Source: a virus. From it: DNA of 64,000 bases. Both the position numbers and the translations under genes were made by a program. Shown here piece after piece: positions 1 through 9,037 of this stretch; the first letter of the stretch is position 1; every line of letters starts with the position of its first letter. The stretch is from the IMG/VR virus record IMGVR_UViG_3300043788_000169, positions 1 through 64,000 of that record, one strand, 5' to 3'. The notes beneath the pieces were generated by a model that was not told the DNA's origin, did no database searches, and saw only the letters and a program-made list of their open reading frames with translations.

Positions 1-591
1 GACGAGATCGTCTTTGGCGCGCTGGCGGATTACCGGTCTCTGCACGAGACCCGGCCGCCAGCGCACGCCCTGGTCGTGACCCACGCCCCGCTGTACCCGC
101 CCAGCATGGAGCTGGAGTACGAGTTCTACCCGGCACCCAAGTTTGCTGAGGCCATGGGCGGCCGGGGCAGCTGCTATTACGGACACGTCCACGAGCGGCA
201 CGGGATCTGGTACACCGAGCCCGCCTCTTCCTTCCTGGACGGCGGACCGCAGGTCACCTTCTGCAACCCCGGCGCCCTGTCCCGCGGCAGCCTGCACGAG
301 CACAACCTGACCCGGATGCCGGGGGTCGCGATCTGGGACTCCGCTGACGGCCAGTTCACCGAGATCACCCTGAACGCCAAGCCGCCGGAGCAGGTCTTCC
401 GGCTCCAGGAAAAGCAGCAGGTCACTGACATGACTGGCCGGCTTGAGGAGTTCCTGGTCTCGGTCGGCAGCACCCAGCTGGAAGTGATGAGCGTGGAGTC
501 CGTGGTGGCGCATGTCCGCGGCCTCGGATTGTCAGAGGCCGACACTACCTTGGCCATAGAACTATTGATGGAGGCTGCCAATGTCCGCTGA
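1..591 (+). CDS. SbcD/Mre11-like metallophosphoesterase, 5' truncated by the window
   Basis: Frame open from base 1; motifs THAP, GHVHERHG, NPGALSRGS. Confidence 0.8.
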   Translation, partial: DEIVFGALADYRSLHETRPPAHALVVTHAPLYPPSMELEYEFYPAPKFAEAMGGRGSCYYGHVHERHGIWYTEPASSFLDGGPQVTFCNPGALSRGSLHEHNLTRMPGVAIWDSADGQFTEITLNAKPPEQVFRLQEKQQVTDMTGRLEEFLVSVGSTQLEVMSVESVVAHVRGLGLSEADTTLAIELLMEAANVR

Positions 592-1114
592 CGCCAGGAC
601 CGCGGTGCTGTTCGACCTGGACTCGACGCTGCGCAACTCCCGCCAGCGCCACCACCTGTCACCCAAGGCGGCTGGTGCGAACTGGCATGACTACTCGATG
701 GCGGGGATCAACGACGAGCCTATGCAGGGCCCGATCACCGCGTTGCGGCTGTTCTGGCCGCACCATCAGATCCACATCGTCTCCGGCAGCAACGAGTCTG
801 CCCGGGCGAACACCGCCCAGTGGCTGGACCGGCACGTCGGCCTGAACTGGATTGACGGTATCCACCTGCGCGCCGAGGAGGACTTCAGCGAGAGCGGCCC
901 GTACAAGGTCGCCCACGTCCTCGCGCTGCGCGAGCAGGGGATCGAGACCGTGCTGTTCTTCGAGGACTGGCCTCCCGCGGCACAGTACATCGAGGCTGTG
1001 GGTTTGGTGCCGGCCGTCTGCGTAAACCCCTGCTACCCGTGCAAGACGTGCGGCGTCGACCCGGTGGCGGGTGCGCTGGCCGGGCAGATCGACAGCCGTG
1101 GCGGGGGGCTGTGA
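581..1114 (+). CDS. HAD-family phosphatase (PNKP 3'-phosphatase-like)
   Basis: FDLDSTL (DxDxT), VSGS, FFED motifs. Confidence 0.75.
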   Translation: MSADARTAVLFDLDSTLRNSRQRHHLSPKAAGANWHDYSMAGINDEPMQGPITALRLFWPHHQIHIVSGSNESARANTAQWLDRHVGLNWIDGIHLRAEEDFSESGPYKVAHVLALREQGIETVLFFEDWPPAAQYIEAVGLVPAVCVNPCYPCKTCGVDPVAGALAGQIDSRGGGL

Positions 1115-1953
1115 GCGTCCTCGCTGGCGCAGAGGAGCGTGCACTCAGGGTCAGCTGGAGCCTGATGCGCGTGAACTTCGAGTGCAAGCAGAAGCGCCAC
1201 CTCAAGCAGACCACCAAGAAACCGCCCAACATGGACATCCGGAACTTCTTCCCCGGCACCGTGGTGGACATCTGCATGCGCCGCTGGCTGGAGCTGGACG
1301 ACCCTCCGTCCGGCGGCATGCAGGCCATGCTGGATGAGGTGCTGGAGTTCGCTGAGACCAACGCCCGCGAGACAGGCGATGGGATTGTCCAGTGGCGCGA
1401 CCTGCACGATAAAAAGCGCGTCCGGGCGGACTGCTGGGAGCTGCTTGGCCGGCTGGAGCCGATCCTGCGCCAGTACGCGCTGTCCGTCGACTACTCCCCC
1501 GCGGTGCGGTTCAAAGAGCCGTTCATCCTGCCGTACCTGGACGGGACGCCGCAGCAGATCTGGCTCGTGGGGGAGATGGACCTGTTCACCCGTACCCAGC
1601 CGGTGCCTGACCTGCGAGTCTGGGACCTGAAGAACACCAAGAACGGGCAATACTGGCGAAAGACTGTCGGCCAGCTGCTGTTCTACGACCTCGCGGTGTG
1701 GGCGAAGCACAAGCGGTGGACCGTCGAGTGCGGCCTTATCCAGCCCATGTGCCCCGAGCAGGTGCTGTCGTTCCAGTTCACCGACCAGAACCGGCGTGAG
1801 CTGATGATGCACCTCGCCGCCTTCTGCCGGGACGTCTGGCTGCGTGACACCGCCCCAAAAGCCGGGACTGAGGGCTGCTCGTACTGCGAGATGCGCACTG
1901 CCTGCGTCCGGTATGCGGGCAACCGCGGCCGCGTCGCGTGGCCCGCGGCGTAA
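1111..1953 (+). CDS. Cas4/RecB-like PD-(D/E)xK exonuclease
   Basis: GEMDL..VWDLK, QLLFY, N-terminal Cys plus C-terminal CSYC..C; GTG overlaps upstream stop. Confidence 0.8.
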   Translation: MSVLAGAEERALRVSWSLMRVNFECKQKRHLKQTTKKPPNMDIRNFFPGTVVDICMRRWLELDDPPSGGMQAMLDEVLEFAETNARETGDGIVQWRDLHDKKRVRADCWELLGRLEPILRQYALSVDYSPAVRFKEPFILPYLDGTPQQIWLVGEMDLFTRTQPVPDLRVWDLKNTKNGQYWRKTVGQLLFYDLAVWAKHKRWTVECGLIQPMCPEQVLSFQFTDQNRRELMMHLAAFCRDVWLRDTAPKAGTEGCSYCEMRTACVRYAGNRGRVAWPAA

Positions 1954-1960
1954 TAGGGCC

Positions 1961-2215
1961 ATGGACGAACTCGAACAGCGGCTGGCCGGCGTGCGCGCCC
2001 TGGCCGATCAGGCGCGGCAGAGCCAGGCGCAGGCGGAAGCCGAGCGGCACCAGGCTCAGGGCTCCCTGGCCGCCATAGATCAGACGCTCCGGGACGAGTT
2101 CCCCGAGCTGGCGAGCCAGAGCCCGGAGACGCTGCTGGCCTCGCTCCACCAGCAGGCCGAGGCCGAAGTCAGCAACGTACTGACGGCCCTTGCGGCCGCG
2201 GAGGGAGCGGCATGA
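1961..2215 (+). CDS. small coiled-coil protein
   Basis: ATG at 1961, heptad-like Q/A/E-rich sequence, ATGA overlap with next gene. Confidence 0.65.
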   Translation: MDELEQRLAGVRALADQARQSQAQAEAERHQAQGSLAAIDQTLRDEFPELASQSPETLLASLHQQAEAEVSNVLTALAAAEGAA

Positions 2216-3468
2216 CGGCAATCAGTGAAGTGCTCGGGTCGCCGGAAGACAGCCCATTCGCCGGGGCGACACCCCCGGTCTCAGCCAGCCACCAGGAGTT
2301 CAGCTTCACCTGCCCCCGGTTCCAGCTGTCTCTCCTGGCCACCCGCGCCGGGAACGTGGTGCCCGCCCGTGAAGGGCGCCAGATGGTTCTCAACAACTTC
2401 GCTATCCAGGTCACGGCCGATCCGCCCCGGCTGGAGATCACCGGCACCGATCTGGAGCTGCGCGTTATCGCTGCTACGCCTGCGGTGCAGGTGACCCGCT
2501 CGGCCGACCAGGACACGCTGCCGCTGCTCATGCTGCCGGCCAAGCGCCTGCAGGCGATCCTGTCCGAGGCGCCTGATGGTGACATCACGGTCAGCGTCAA
2601 GGAAGACAAGGCCGTCATCACCGCCGGGTCGGTGAGCTGGGAGCTGCAGGTGCCTTCGGACGGCTCGGACTACCCGCGCCCGCCCGCCCTGGACGAGGTG
2701 GACTGGCACGAGACCGCACGGGTGCCGCTGCTGGCGGCGCTGCGCACGGTCCGGCATGCGGTCAGCAAGTCCGGCACCAAGCCGAACCTCTCGCAGGTCG
2801 ACATCCGCGCCCGCGACACCGACGGTGTGCCTTGCGTGACCGCCGCCGACGGCATGCGGTTCGCGCAGATCCCGCTGCCTGGGTTCCCGGTCGAGATGCG
2901 CATCCCCGCTGCGGGCTCTCCCGCTGCCACCGATGAGCTGATCCGCCTCCTGATAGCTTCCGAGGCGGACACCGTGCGGGTGGGAAAGCACGGGAAAAGC
3001 TTGTTCTTCGGTGTGGATTCGACGGTTTTCCGGGTTTTTCAGCTGCCGCTGGAGTACCCGGACATCTGGAAGCTCCTGCTGGAGCCCACTCTGGCCAACA
3101 CCGACCTGCTCACGGTCAGCCGCGACGAGCTGAAGCGCGCGATCAGCCGGGTGCGGATCAACGCCGACGACGGCACGCACGCCATCGGCTTGCAGCTGTG
3201 CCCCGGCCGGCTGACCGTCTTCACCCGCGACACCCGCGGCAACCAGGCCGAGCAGACGATCGAGGCCACTTGGGAGCACCCCGACCGCTCGCTGCTGGTC
3301 AACCACCAGTTCCTGGCGGAGATGCTGGGGGTGCACCCCAGCTCCGAGTGCATCTTCCGGCTCGGCAAGGACGCCGGCAAAAAGCGCTCGGTGGTGCTGC
3401 TGCGCGACGATGCGAGCGGGATCACCGGCATCATCAACCAGATGTCCGGGTCGCTGGCCGGGGCGTAG
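2212..3468 (+). CDS. dnaN: DNA polymerase III beta sliding clamp
   Basis: ITGTDLELRV, DYP, AADGMRFA, YPD, three-domain length. Confidence 0.88.
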   Translation: MTAISEVLGSPEDSPFAGATPPVSASHQEFSFTCPRFQLSLLATRAGNVVPAREGRQMVLNNFAIQVTADPPRLEITGTDLELRVIAATPAVQVTRSADQDTLPLLMLPAKRLQAILSEAPDGDITVSVKEDKAVITAGSVSWELQVPSDGSDYPRPPALDEVDWHETARVPLLAALRTVRHAVSKSGTKPNLSQVDIRARDTDGVPCVTAADGMRFAQIPLPGFPVEMRIPAAGSPAATDELIRLLIASEADTVRVGKHGKSLFFGVDSTVFRVFQLPLEYPDIWKLLLEPTLANTDLLTVSRDELKRAISRVRINADDGTHAIGLQLCPGRLTVFTRDTRGNQAEQTIEATWEHPDRSLLVNHQFLAEMLGVHPSSECIFRLGKDAGKKRSVVLLRDDASGITGIINQMSGSLAGA

Positions 3469-3475
3469 CAGGGGT

Positions 3476-4114
3476 ATGAGCACCGATCTGTTCCAGCGTG
3501 TGCGCGCCGCCCGCAGTCGCGTCGACATGGAGATTGGCCGCGCCCGTGAGGTGGGCCGCACCGGCCAGCTGGCCGAGACAGCCGTGGCCCGGCTGCTGGA
3601 GGAGATCGAGCGCCACGAGCGCACGGCGAAGCTGTTCACCACCATTGGCGAGACACGTCAGGAGATGGCCCGTCAGCAGATCGAGGGGCTTGTCACCCGC
3701 GGGCTGCAGACCATCTTCGATGAGGATCTGAGCTTCCACCTCGTGCCGTCGGTGCGGGGAAACAACGCCCAGGTCGACTTCGTGATCCGCTCGGGCTCCG
3801 GCGACACCGAGGTGGACACCCCGGTGCTGGAGGCGCGCGGCGGGGGCATGGCCGTGGTCGTGGCTTTCATGCTGCGGCTGGTCGTGCTCCTGCTCACGCC
3901 AGGCACCCGCAAGGTGCTGTTCCTCGATGAGAGCTTCGCCCACGTCTCCCGCGGTTACGAGCCGAGAGTGGCTGAGTTCCTGAGGATGGTGAGCGAGAAT
4001 GCGGGGGTGCAGATAGTTCTGATCACCCACTCCGACGCGTTCTCCGACCTTGCCGACGCCCTCTACCGGCTGGAGCTGGACGGCGGCGTGACCGTGGTGC
4101 GCCAGGAGGGCTAG
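3476..4114 (+). CDS. C-terminal half of an SbcC/Rad50-like ABC ATPase
   Basis: Signature-like RGGG, Walker B LFLDESFAHV, H-loop LITHS; no Walker A. Confidence 0.8.
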   Translation: MSTDLFQRVRAARSRVDMEIGRAREVGRTGQLAETAVARLLEEIERHERTAKLFTTIGETRQEMARQQIEGLVTRGLQTIFDEDLSFHLVPSVRGNNAQVDFVIRSGSGDTEVDTPVLEARGGGMAVVVAFMLRLVVLLLTPGTRKVLFLDESFAHVSRGYEPRVAEFLRMVSENAGVQIVLITHSDAFSDLADALYRLELDGGVTVVRQEG

Positions 4115-4755
4115 TGCGGCCTCTTCTGAGCATCCTCATAGCGACGCTGGGCAGCCGCCAGCGCAAGTTCCTGGACCTGCTCGATGTGCTGCTGCCGCAG
4201 GCTGAGCACTCGGGCCGGCAGATCGAGATCGTCGGCCTCTACAACCACGGCGAGCACCGCCTGGCTGTCGTCCGGCAAAGGCTGCTGGAAAGTGCCAGGG
4301 GCACATACCTGTGCTTCGTGGATGACGACGACATGGTTAGTCCGGACTATGTCGAGGCCGTAGGAAACGCCCTGGTGGGCCATAAGCCTGACTCGGTTGG
4401 GTTCAAGGTGTTCCTGAGTCACCGTGCCCAGGTCTCCACTTGCAGCCGCGTCCGCTTTGGCCAGAAGGTCTACGGCCACACCTGGGACTGGGGCGTCATG
4501 ACCCCGGTCCGGACTGAGATCGCCCAGAAGTGCCGGTTCGACACCTACTTTGGGGGCCGTGTCGGTGAGGACGGCTGGCTCAAGGCCCAGCTGCTGCCCC
4601 TGCTCGGCCCCGAGGAGTTCATAGATAAAGTGCTCTATGAGTACCGGTGGGACGCTGAGGACTCGACGCAGACCCACCTCGCCCGGCAGCCCCGCCTCCC
4701 GCGGCCCTACGTCGGGTCACTGGCGTTCCGGTGGCATGAATGGAGCAGCAGATGA
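4114..4755 (+). CDS. GT2-family glycosyltransferase
   Basis: LSILIAT, YLCFVDDDD, GED motifs. Confidence 0.85.
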   Translation: MRPLLSILIATLGSRQRKFLDLLDVLLPQAEHSGRQIEIVGLYNHGEHRLAVVRQRLLESARGTYLCFVDDDDMVSPDYVEAVGNALVGHKPDSVGFKVFLSHRAQVSTCSRVRFGQKVYGHTWDWGVMTPVRTEIAQKCRFDTYFGGRVGEDGWLKAQLLPLLGPEEFIDKVLYEYRWDAEDSTQTHLARQPRLPRPYVGSLAFRWHEWSSR

Positions 4756-4943
4756 AGAATCGCAGCAAGATTGTCTACTGCACCATGGACAGCTCTCAGT
4801 GGCTGATCCTGACCCCGCCAGCAGGCTTGGTGTCCCCTCCGGTGATAGCCCTGCACCAGCCATTTGCCGGGCCTGTGGAGTTCTACCACGCCTCGGCCTA
4901 CAACATCCCGGTGCCCGACGACGCGAAGGCGGCTGCGGAATGA
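4752..4943 (+). CDS. small hypothetical protein
   Basis: ATGA overlaps at both ends. Confidence 0.5.
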   Translation: MKNRSKIVYCTMDSSQWLILTPPAGLVSPPVIALHQPFAGPVEFYHASAYNIPVPDDAKAAAE

Positions 4944-7891
4944 CCAGTCCTGCGTCCATCCAGAGCTGGCTCGACCAGACCTCCTACAAGATGGACCTGA
5001 GCTGCCAGTACCTCGGGGATGAGCCGAACACCCTGAACCGGGACTGGGACTCCTCCACCTTGAGGTGGCTCATGTGCGCGAGCTGGCCCTACGAGCACGC
5101 GGCCGGCAACCAGTCGATCCCCTACGTCGCCAAGGCGGTCACTGATGCCTCTCCCAGATACCTTTGTGACCGGTTCTACCTGCCTGCAACTCCGCGTGAC
5201 ATGCGTCTGCTGGAGCGTGGAGGTATTCCCTGTTTCGGGATCGAGTCAAAGCACGAGGTACTTGACTTTGATGTGGTCGGAACAAGTATCTCCTACCTTG
5301 TCCTTTTGATGAACTTCGCCAAGATGTTGACCATGAGCGGGATTCCGCTGCGGTGGCGCGAGCGGGAGGACGACCCCGGCGCCTACCCCATGGTCATCAT
5401 CGGCGGCCAGGCGTTCAGCGCCCCTGCCGCGATGGAGCCGATCGCGGACTGCATCTGGCTGGGGGAGGCCGACACCGAGCCCGGCAACGGCGGGATGGCC
5501 GCGGTGTGCCGGAGGATCGAGGAGTTCAAGGCCGCCGGTTCGTGGCGGCAGGACCGGATCGGCTGCTACCGCGAGCTGGCGCTGGAGTTCGGGTACCTGC
5601 ACTTCCCCCGGTTCGTGCAGACGCACTACCGGTACGAGGACCGCGGCCTGCCGCAGCCCTCGAAGGTGGTTGCGGGCTATGAGTCCCTGCTGCCGGGTAT
5701 GACCTTCCCGCGGCGCTCACGCCGGGTCCGCGACATGAACGCCATCTCCCCGCTGACTGCCGCGCCTCTGCTGTACTCCGACCCCGCGCTCGGCGCCGGG
5801 GACATGGAGGTCGCCCGCGGCTGCCCGGCTTGGTGTAGTTTTTGCCGTTTGTCTTGGTTGACCAAGCCGTACCGCCAGCGGGACGTCGCCTTGTCCGTCG
5901 AGCACGCTGCTCAGTGGCACCGCGCCATGGGTGCGGTCGAGCTGAGCCCGTTCGCCCCGGACTTCCCGATGCACACGCAGCGCCAGCTGCTGATCAAGCA
6001 GCTGCTGGAGCAGGTCAACGACGAGGCCGACGCGGTGGCCATGCGCATTGACGACGCCATCGCGGACAAGGGCGTCTACATCCAGCTCCAGGCTCTCGGC
6101 GGGATGGACGCGATCACCCTCGGCCTGGAGGGCAACTCCCAGCGCATGCGCGACCTCGTCGGCAAGGGCACCTCTGACAACGAGGTGGTCGAGGCGGTGC
6201 GGCAGGGGATCCAGGCTGGTTTGCGCAAGTTCAAGCTCTTCATGATCACCAACCTGCCGGGCGAGGAGAAGGGCGATGTCCTGCGGATCGTCCGGCTGGG
6301 CGAGCAGCTGGCCGCGGTCCGCGATGAGCTGGGGCAGCCGAACGTCCAGATCCAGTTCAGCTGGACCCCGCTGCTCATCGAGATGGGCACGCCGTTCCAG
6401 TGGTTCGCCGTGACCCACGCCGATCACACGCTGATCAAGATCGCTGAGTTTTTCCGCGACCTGAAAATCGCCTTCAAGATCGGTACCAAGGCTGAGCCCA
6501 ACAAGGTGGCGTTCTTCCAGCTGTGCCAGCGCGCCTCCGCCGAGGTCGGTGAGGCGATCGTGGATGTCATGGAGGAGATGAACATCGCCTGCTGGGGCGG
6601 TGTGCCCCGCGGCGACCCCGGCAAGCGCAACGGGATGAAGGACCGGCTGGAGGATGCCCTGATCACCCACGGCTTCCTCAACGGCTTCGATGACTGCTTT
6701 GACGAGCGGCGCCTGCCCGACCTGTTCGGCGCCGAGTACATCGACACCGGGGTGCCGCGCCAGCTGCTGTGGAGCACCTACCGCCAGATGGTGGAGTTCC
6801 TGGAGCAGACGGACGCCGACACCTACGACGACCTGCTCGACCCGGCCTACCGCGGCAATGAGTGGGTTGGCCGGTGCGATACTTCCTGCCAGGGGAAATC
6901 TTGCGGAGTGTGCTCACGCAGTGACCTGGAGTTGCGGCGCGACTACATCACCGCCGCGAAGAGCGAGCTGTCCACCGGCCTGTCCGGAGTCCGGCCGCTC
7001 GACCAGTCCTCAGTGGTCATGCGTGTCCGGCTCCGGCTGGTCCGGCGTGAGAAGTACCGCTTCGTCGGCAACGACCACTGGCGGTTCGCGGTCCGGCGCG
7101 CGGCCTATCAGGCTGCTTACGCCATGGCCAACACGCTGCCGGGTGGTTTCTCGATTGCCAAGCGCACCATCCACTTCGCCAGCGATAGGTTCGGCAGCCA
7201 GGGTCTGGCCGGCACCGACTACGTCGAGTTCGGGATCACCCGCGAGCTGGACGACGGCCAGCTGTACGCGTTCGTGGCCGGGATGTCGGCCTACCTGGAC
7301 CGGTGGGTGTCGGTGATCGAGGAGAGCCGGACCCAGCTGCCCCCGGTGGCTGGGGAGCTGCGCAAGGACGCGGATGTCAGCTTCTGCTCTATGACCCTGG
7401 CAGCGAGCCCTGACGTGGCCGCTGCGCGCCTCGCAGCCTGGGGCCGGGCAGAGACTGTGCCCATGATCCTGCGCCATCCTGGGGTCTACTTCGGGCTCGC
7501 CACCGAGGAGGTCGACGCCCGTGAGTTCGTGGACGACATGTGGGTGGCAGCCACCGGCAACAAGCTCGAACTCAAGATGTTCATCCGCGGGGAGCCGGGG
7601 CCTTACCAGCTGATGTCCACGCTCATGGGCAAAAAGAGCTGGATCGAGGCCATGGCTCACCCGGTGTGGCGGCACGACTTCTTCCTGCCCGGCTCGACAG
7701 GGCTGGCTGCGCTCCAGGGCGATAGCCTGCGCCTGGCCTGCATGGAGTGCGGGCTGCCGGTACCGTACGGCGCCGACGGCCAGCCCTGGCTGCGTGCAGC
7801 CCTCAGCGACCCCCTCGACATCTGCCCGCGGTGTCTCGATGAGCGCCACGGCCGGGTGCTCGCTGGCCTGCCCCGCCTCGCGGCCGTATAA
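4940..7891 (+). CDS. Radical SAM protein (TIGR03960-like) fused to a DUF2344-like C-terminal domain
   Basis: YLGDEPN, FGIESKH..DFDVVG, EVARGCPAWCSFC (CxxxCxxC), C-terminal CQGKSCGVC then MRVRLRL..KYRF. Confidence 0.8.
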   Translation: MTSPASIQSWLDQTSYKMDLSCQYLGDEPNTLNRDWDSSTLRWLMCASWPYEHAAGNQSIPYVAKAVTDASPRYLCDRFYLPATPRDMRLLERGGIPCFGIESKHEVLDFDVVGTSISYLVLLMNFAKMLTMSGIPLRWREREDDPGAYPMVIIGGQAFSAPAAMEPIADCIWLGEADTEPGNGGMAAVCRRIEEFKAAGSWRQDRIGCYRELALEFGYLHFPRFVQTHYRYEDRGLPQPSKVVAGYESLLPGMTFPRRSRRVRDMNAISPLTAAPLLYSDPALGAGDMEVARGCPAWCSFCRLSWLTKPYRQRDVALSVEHAAQWHRAMGAVELSPFAPDFPMHTQRQLLIKQLLEQVNDEADAVAMRIDDAIADKGVYIQLQALGGMDAITLGLEGNSQRMRDLVGKGTSDNEVVEAVRQGIQAGLRKFKLFMITNLPGEEKGDVLRIVRLGEQLAAVRDELGQPNVQIQFSWTPLLIEMGTPFQWFAVTHADHTLIKIAEFFRDLKIAFKIGTKAEPNKVAFFQLCQRASAEVGEAIVDVMEEMNIACWGGVPRGDPGKRNGMKDRLEDALITHGFLNGFDDCFDERRLPDLFGAEYIDTGVPRQLLWSTYRQMVEFLEQTDADTYDDLLDPAYRGNEWVGRCDTSCQGKSCGVCSRSDLELRRDYITAAKSELSTGLSGVRPLDQSSVVMRVRLRLVRREKYRFVGNDHWRFAVRRAAYQAAYAMANTLPGGFSIAKRTIHFASDRFGSQGLAGTDYVEFGITRELDDGQLYAFVAGMSAYLDRWVSVIEESRTQLPPVAGELRKDADVSFCSMTLAASPDVAAARLAAWGRAETVPMILRHPGVYFGLATEEVDAREFVDDMWVAATGNKLELKMFIRGEPGPYQLMSTLMGKKSWIEAMAHPVWRHDFFLPGSTGLAALQGDSLRLACMECGLPVPYGADGQPWLRAALSDPLDICPRCLDERHGRVLAGLPRLAAV

Positions 7892-8020
7892 GGCACCAAG
7901 CAGCACTCCCTAACCGAGCTGGGGAGCGCAGCAGGCGCGGAGGGCGCCGGTATCCAAGTAGGGCTACTGGGATCGCACGTCGCCCTCCGCGCCGAATAGC
8001 CCAGGAGTCTGGAGGGCGCG

Positions 8021-8269
8021 GTGATCGAGGCGTGGGTTGACGGGGGAGTCCCCTGTTATGACCCTGAGTGCCCCGGCCACGCCGAGCCCGAGAGTGACGG
8101 CGAGACGCGCTGGTATGAGTGCACAAAGTGCGGTTACCAGTTCGAGTTCCGGGTGGTCCGCCAGGCGGACTCCGGAACCTGCGCCATCGGTGTGAGCGTC
8201 GAGACCCGGCGTGCCGCTCCTGGACCGGTCCTACTGCAGATCGGGAGGCGGCCAGATGACCGACACTGA
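8021..8269 (+). CDS. small zinc-ribbon protein
   Basis: CYDPEC and CTKC pairs; GGAGG RBS. Confidence 0.6.
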   Translation: MIEAWVDGGVPCYDPECPGHAEPESDGETRWYECTKCGYQFEFRVVRQADSGTCAIGVSVETRRAAPGPVLLQIGRRPDDRH

Positions 8270-8843
8270 GACAGCACAGCACCCCCGGCCCATGAGCGCG
8301 ATGGCCGACGAGGTTTTGGCATGGTGCGAGGCCAAGGGGTGGTATGACACCCCGGTCAGCTTCGGTGAGGCCATGGCCCTGCTGCACAGCGAGGTGGCCG
8401 AGGCTACCGAGGCGTGGCGGGTGTGGGGTCTGGCCGATGCTACGCCTCATTTCGGTGAACCGAGTCTGGACCCCAACCCCGGCGCCCCTGCTGTCAGCGC
8501 TATTGCCAAGCCGGAGGGCGTCGGCAGTGAGTTCGGAGACATCCTGATCCGGTGGCTGGACGACTCCCGGCGCTTTGGCGTCGACCCCGACCTCAAGGTC
8601 AACTCGCTGCCCAAGATCTCCAGCTCGTTCCTGGAGAACATGAACGCGCTGCACACGCTGATCTCCCAGGCGTCCCAATCGTTCTACGAGAACGACTTCT
8701 GGTGGAGTCGCAAGCACGCCCGGATCGTCGCGTTCCTGATCCTGCTCTGCGCGCATTACGAAATCGACCTGCACGCGGAGTACGACCGGAAGATGGCTTA
8801 CAACCGCATCCGTGCCTACCGGCACGGTGGCAAGCGCCAGTAA
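8256..8843 (+). CDS. MazG-like NTP pyrophosphohydrolase
   Basis: ALLHSEVAEATE, KPEGVGSEFGDILIR, KMAYNRIRAYRHGGK. Confidence 0.8.
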   Translation: MTDTETAQHPRPMSAMADEVLAWCEAKGWYDTPVSFGEAMALLHSEVAEATEAWRVWGLADATPHFGEPSLDPNPGAPAVSAIAKPEGVGSEFGDILIRWLDDSRRFGVDPDLKVNSLPKISSSFLENMNALHTLISQASQSFYENDFWWSRKHARIVAFLILLCAHYEIDLHAEYDRKMAYNRIRAYRHGGKRQ

Positions 8844-9037
8844 TGCCCTGCGAGATAGTTCTTACAGGCAAGCCCGGAACGGGCGGGTGGGGGCTGTGTG
8901 TGCGGTGCCGGTGCATCGCCGGGCCGGCGCGGACGCGCTTTCACTGTGACCCGCTCGCGATCGTGTCCAGCCTTTCTGAGGCGTGGGCTGTCTGGCATGG
9001 CCACGTTGCGCAAAAGCGTCTGGAGGCAGCAGCATGA
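8843..9037 (+). CDS. small Cys-containing hypothetical protein
   Basis: Overlapping start/stop codons on both sides. Confidence 0.5.
   Translation: MPCEIVLTGKPGTGGWGLCVRCRCIAGPARTRFHCDPLAIVSSLSEAWAVWHGHVAQKRLEAAA

Noticed and set aside
1111-1953. CRISPR-Cas locus suggested by the Cas4-like gene
   Set aside because: No repeat-spacer array or other cas genes; solo Cas4-like nucleases are common in phage replication modules.
4637-4939. Extended N-terminus of the radical SAM ORF
   Set aside because: Overlaps two upstream genes; ATG at 4940 has a typical ATGA coupling.
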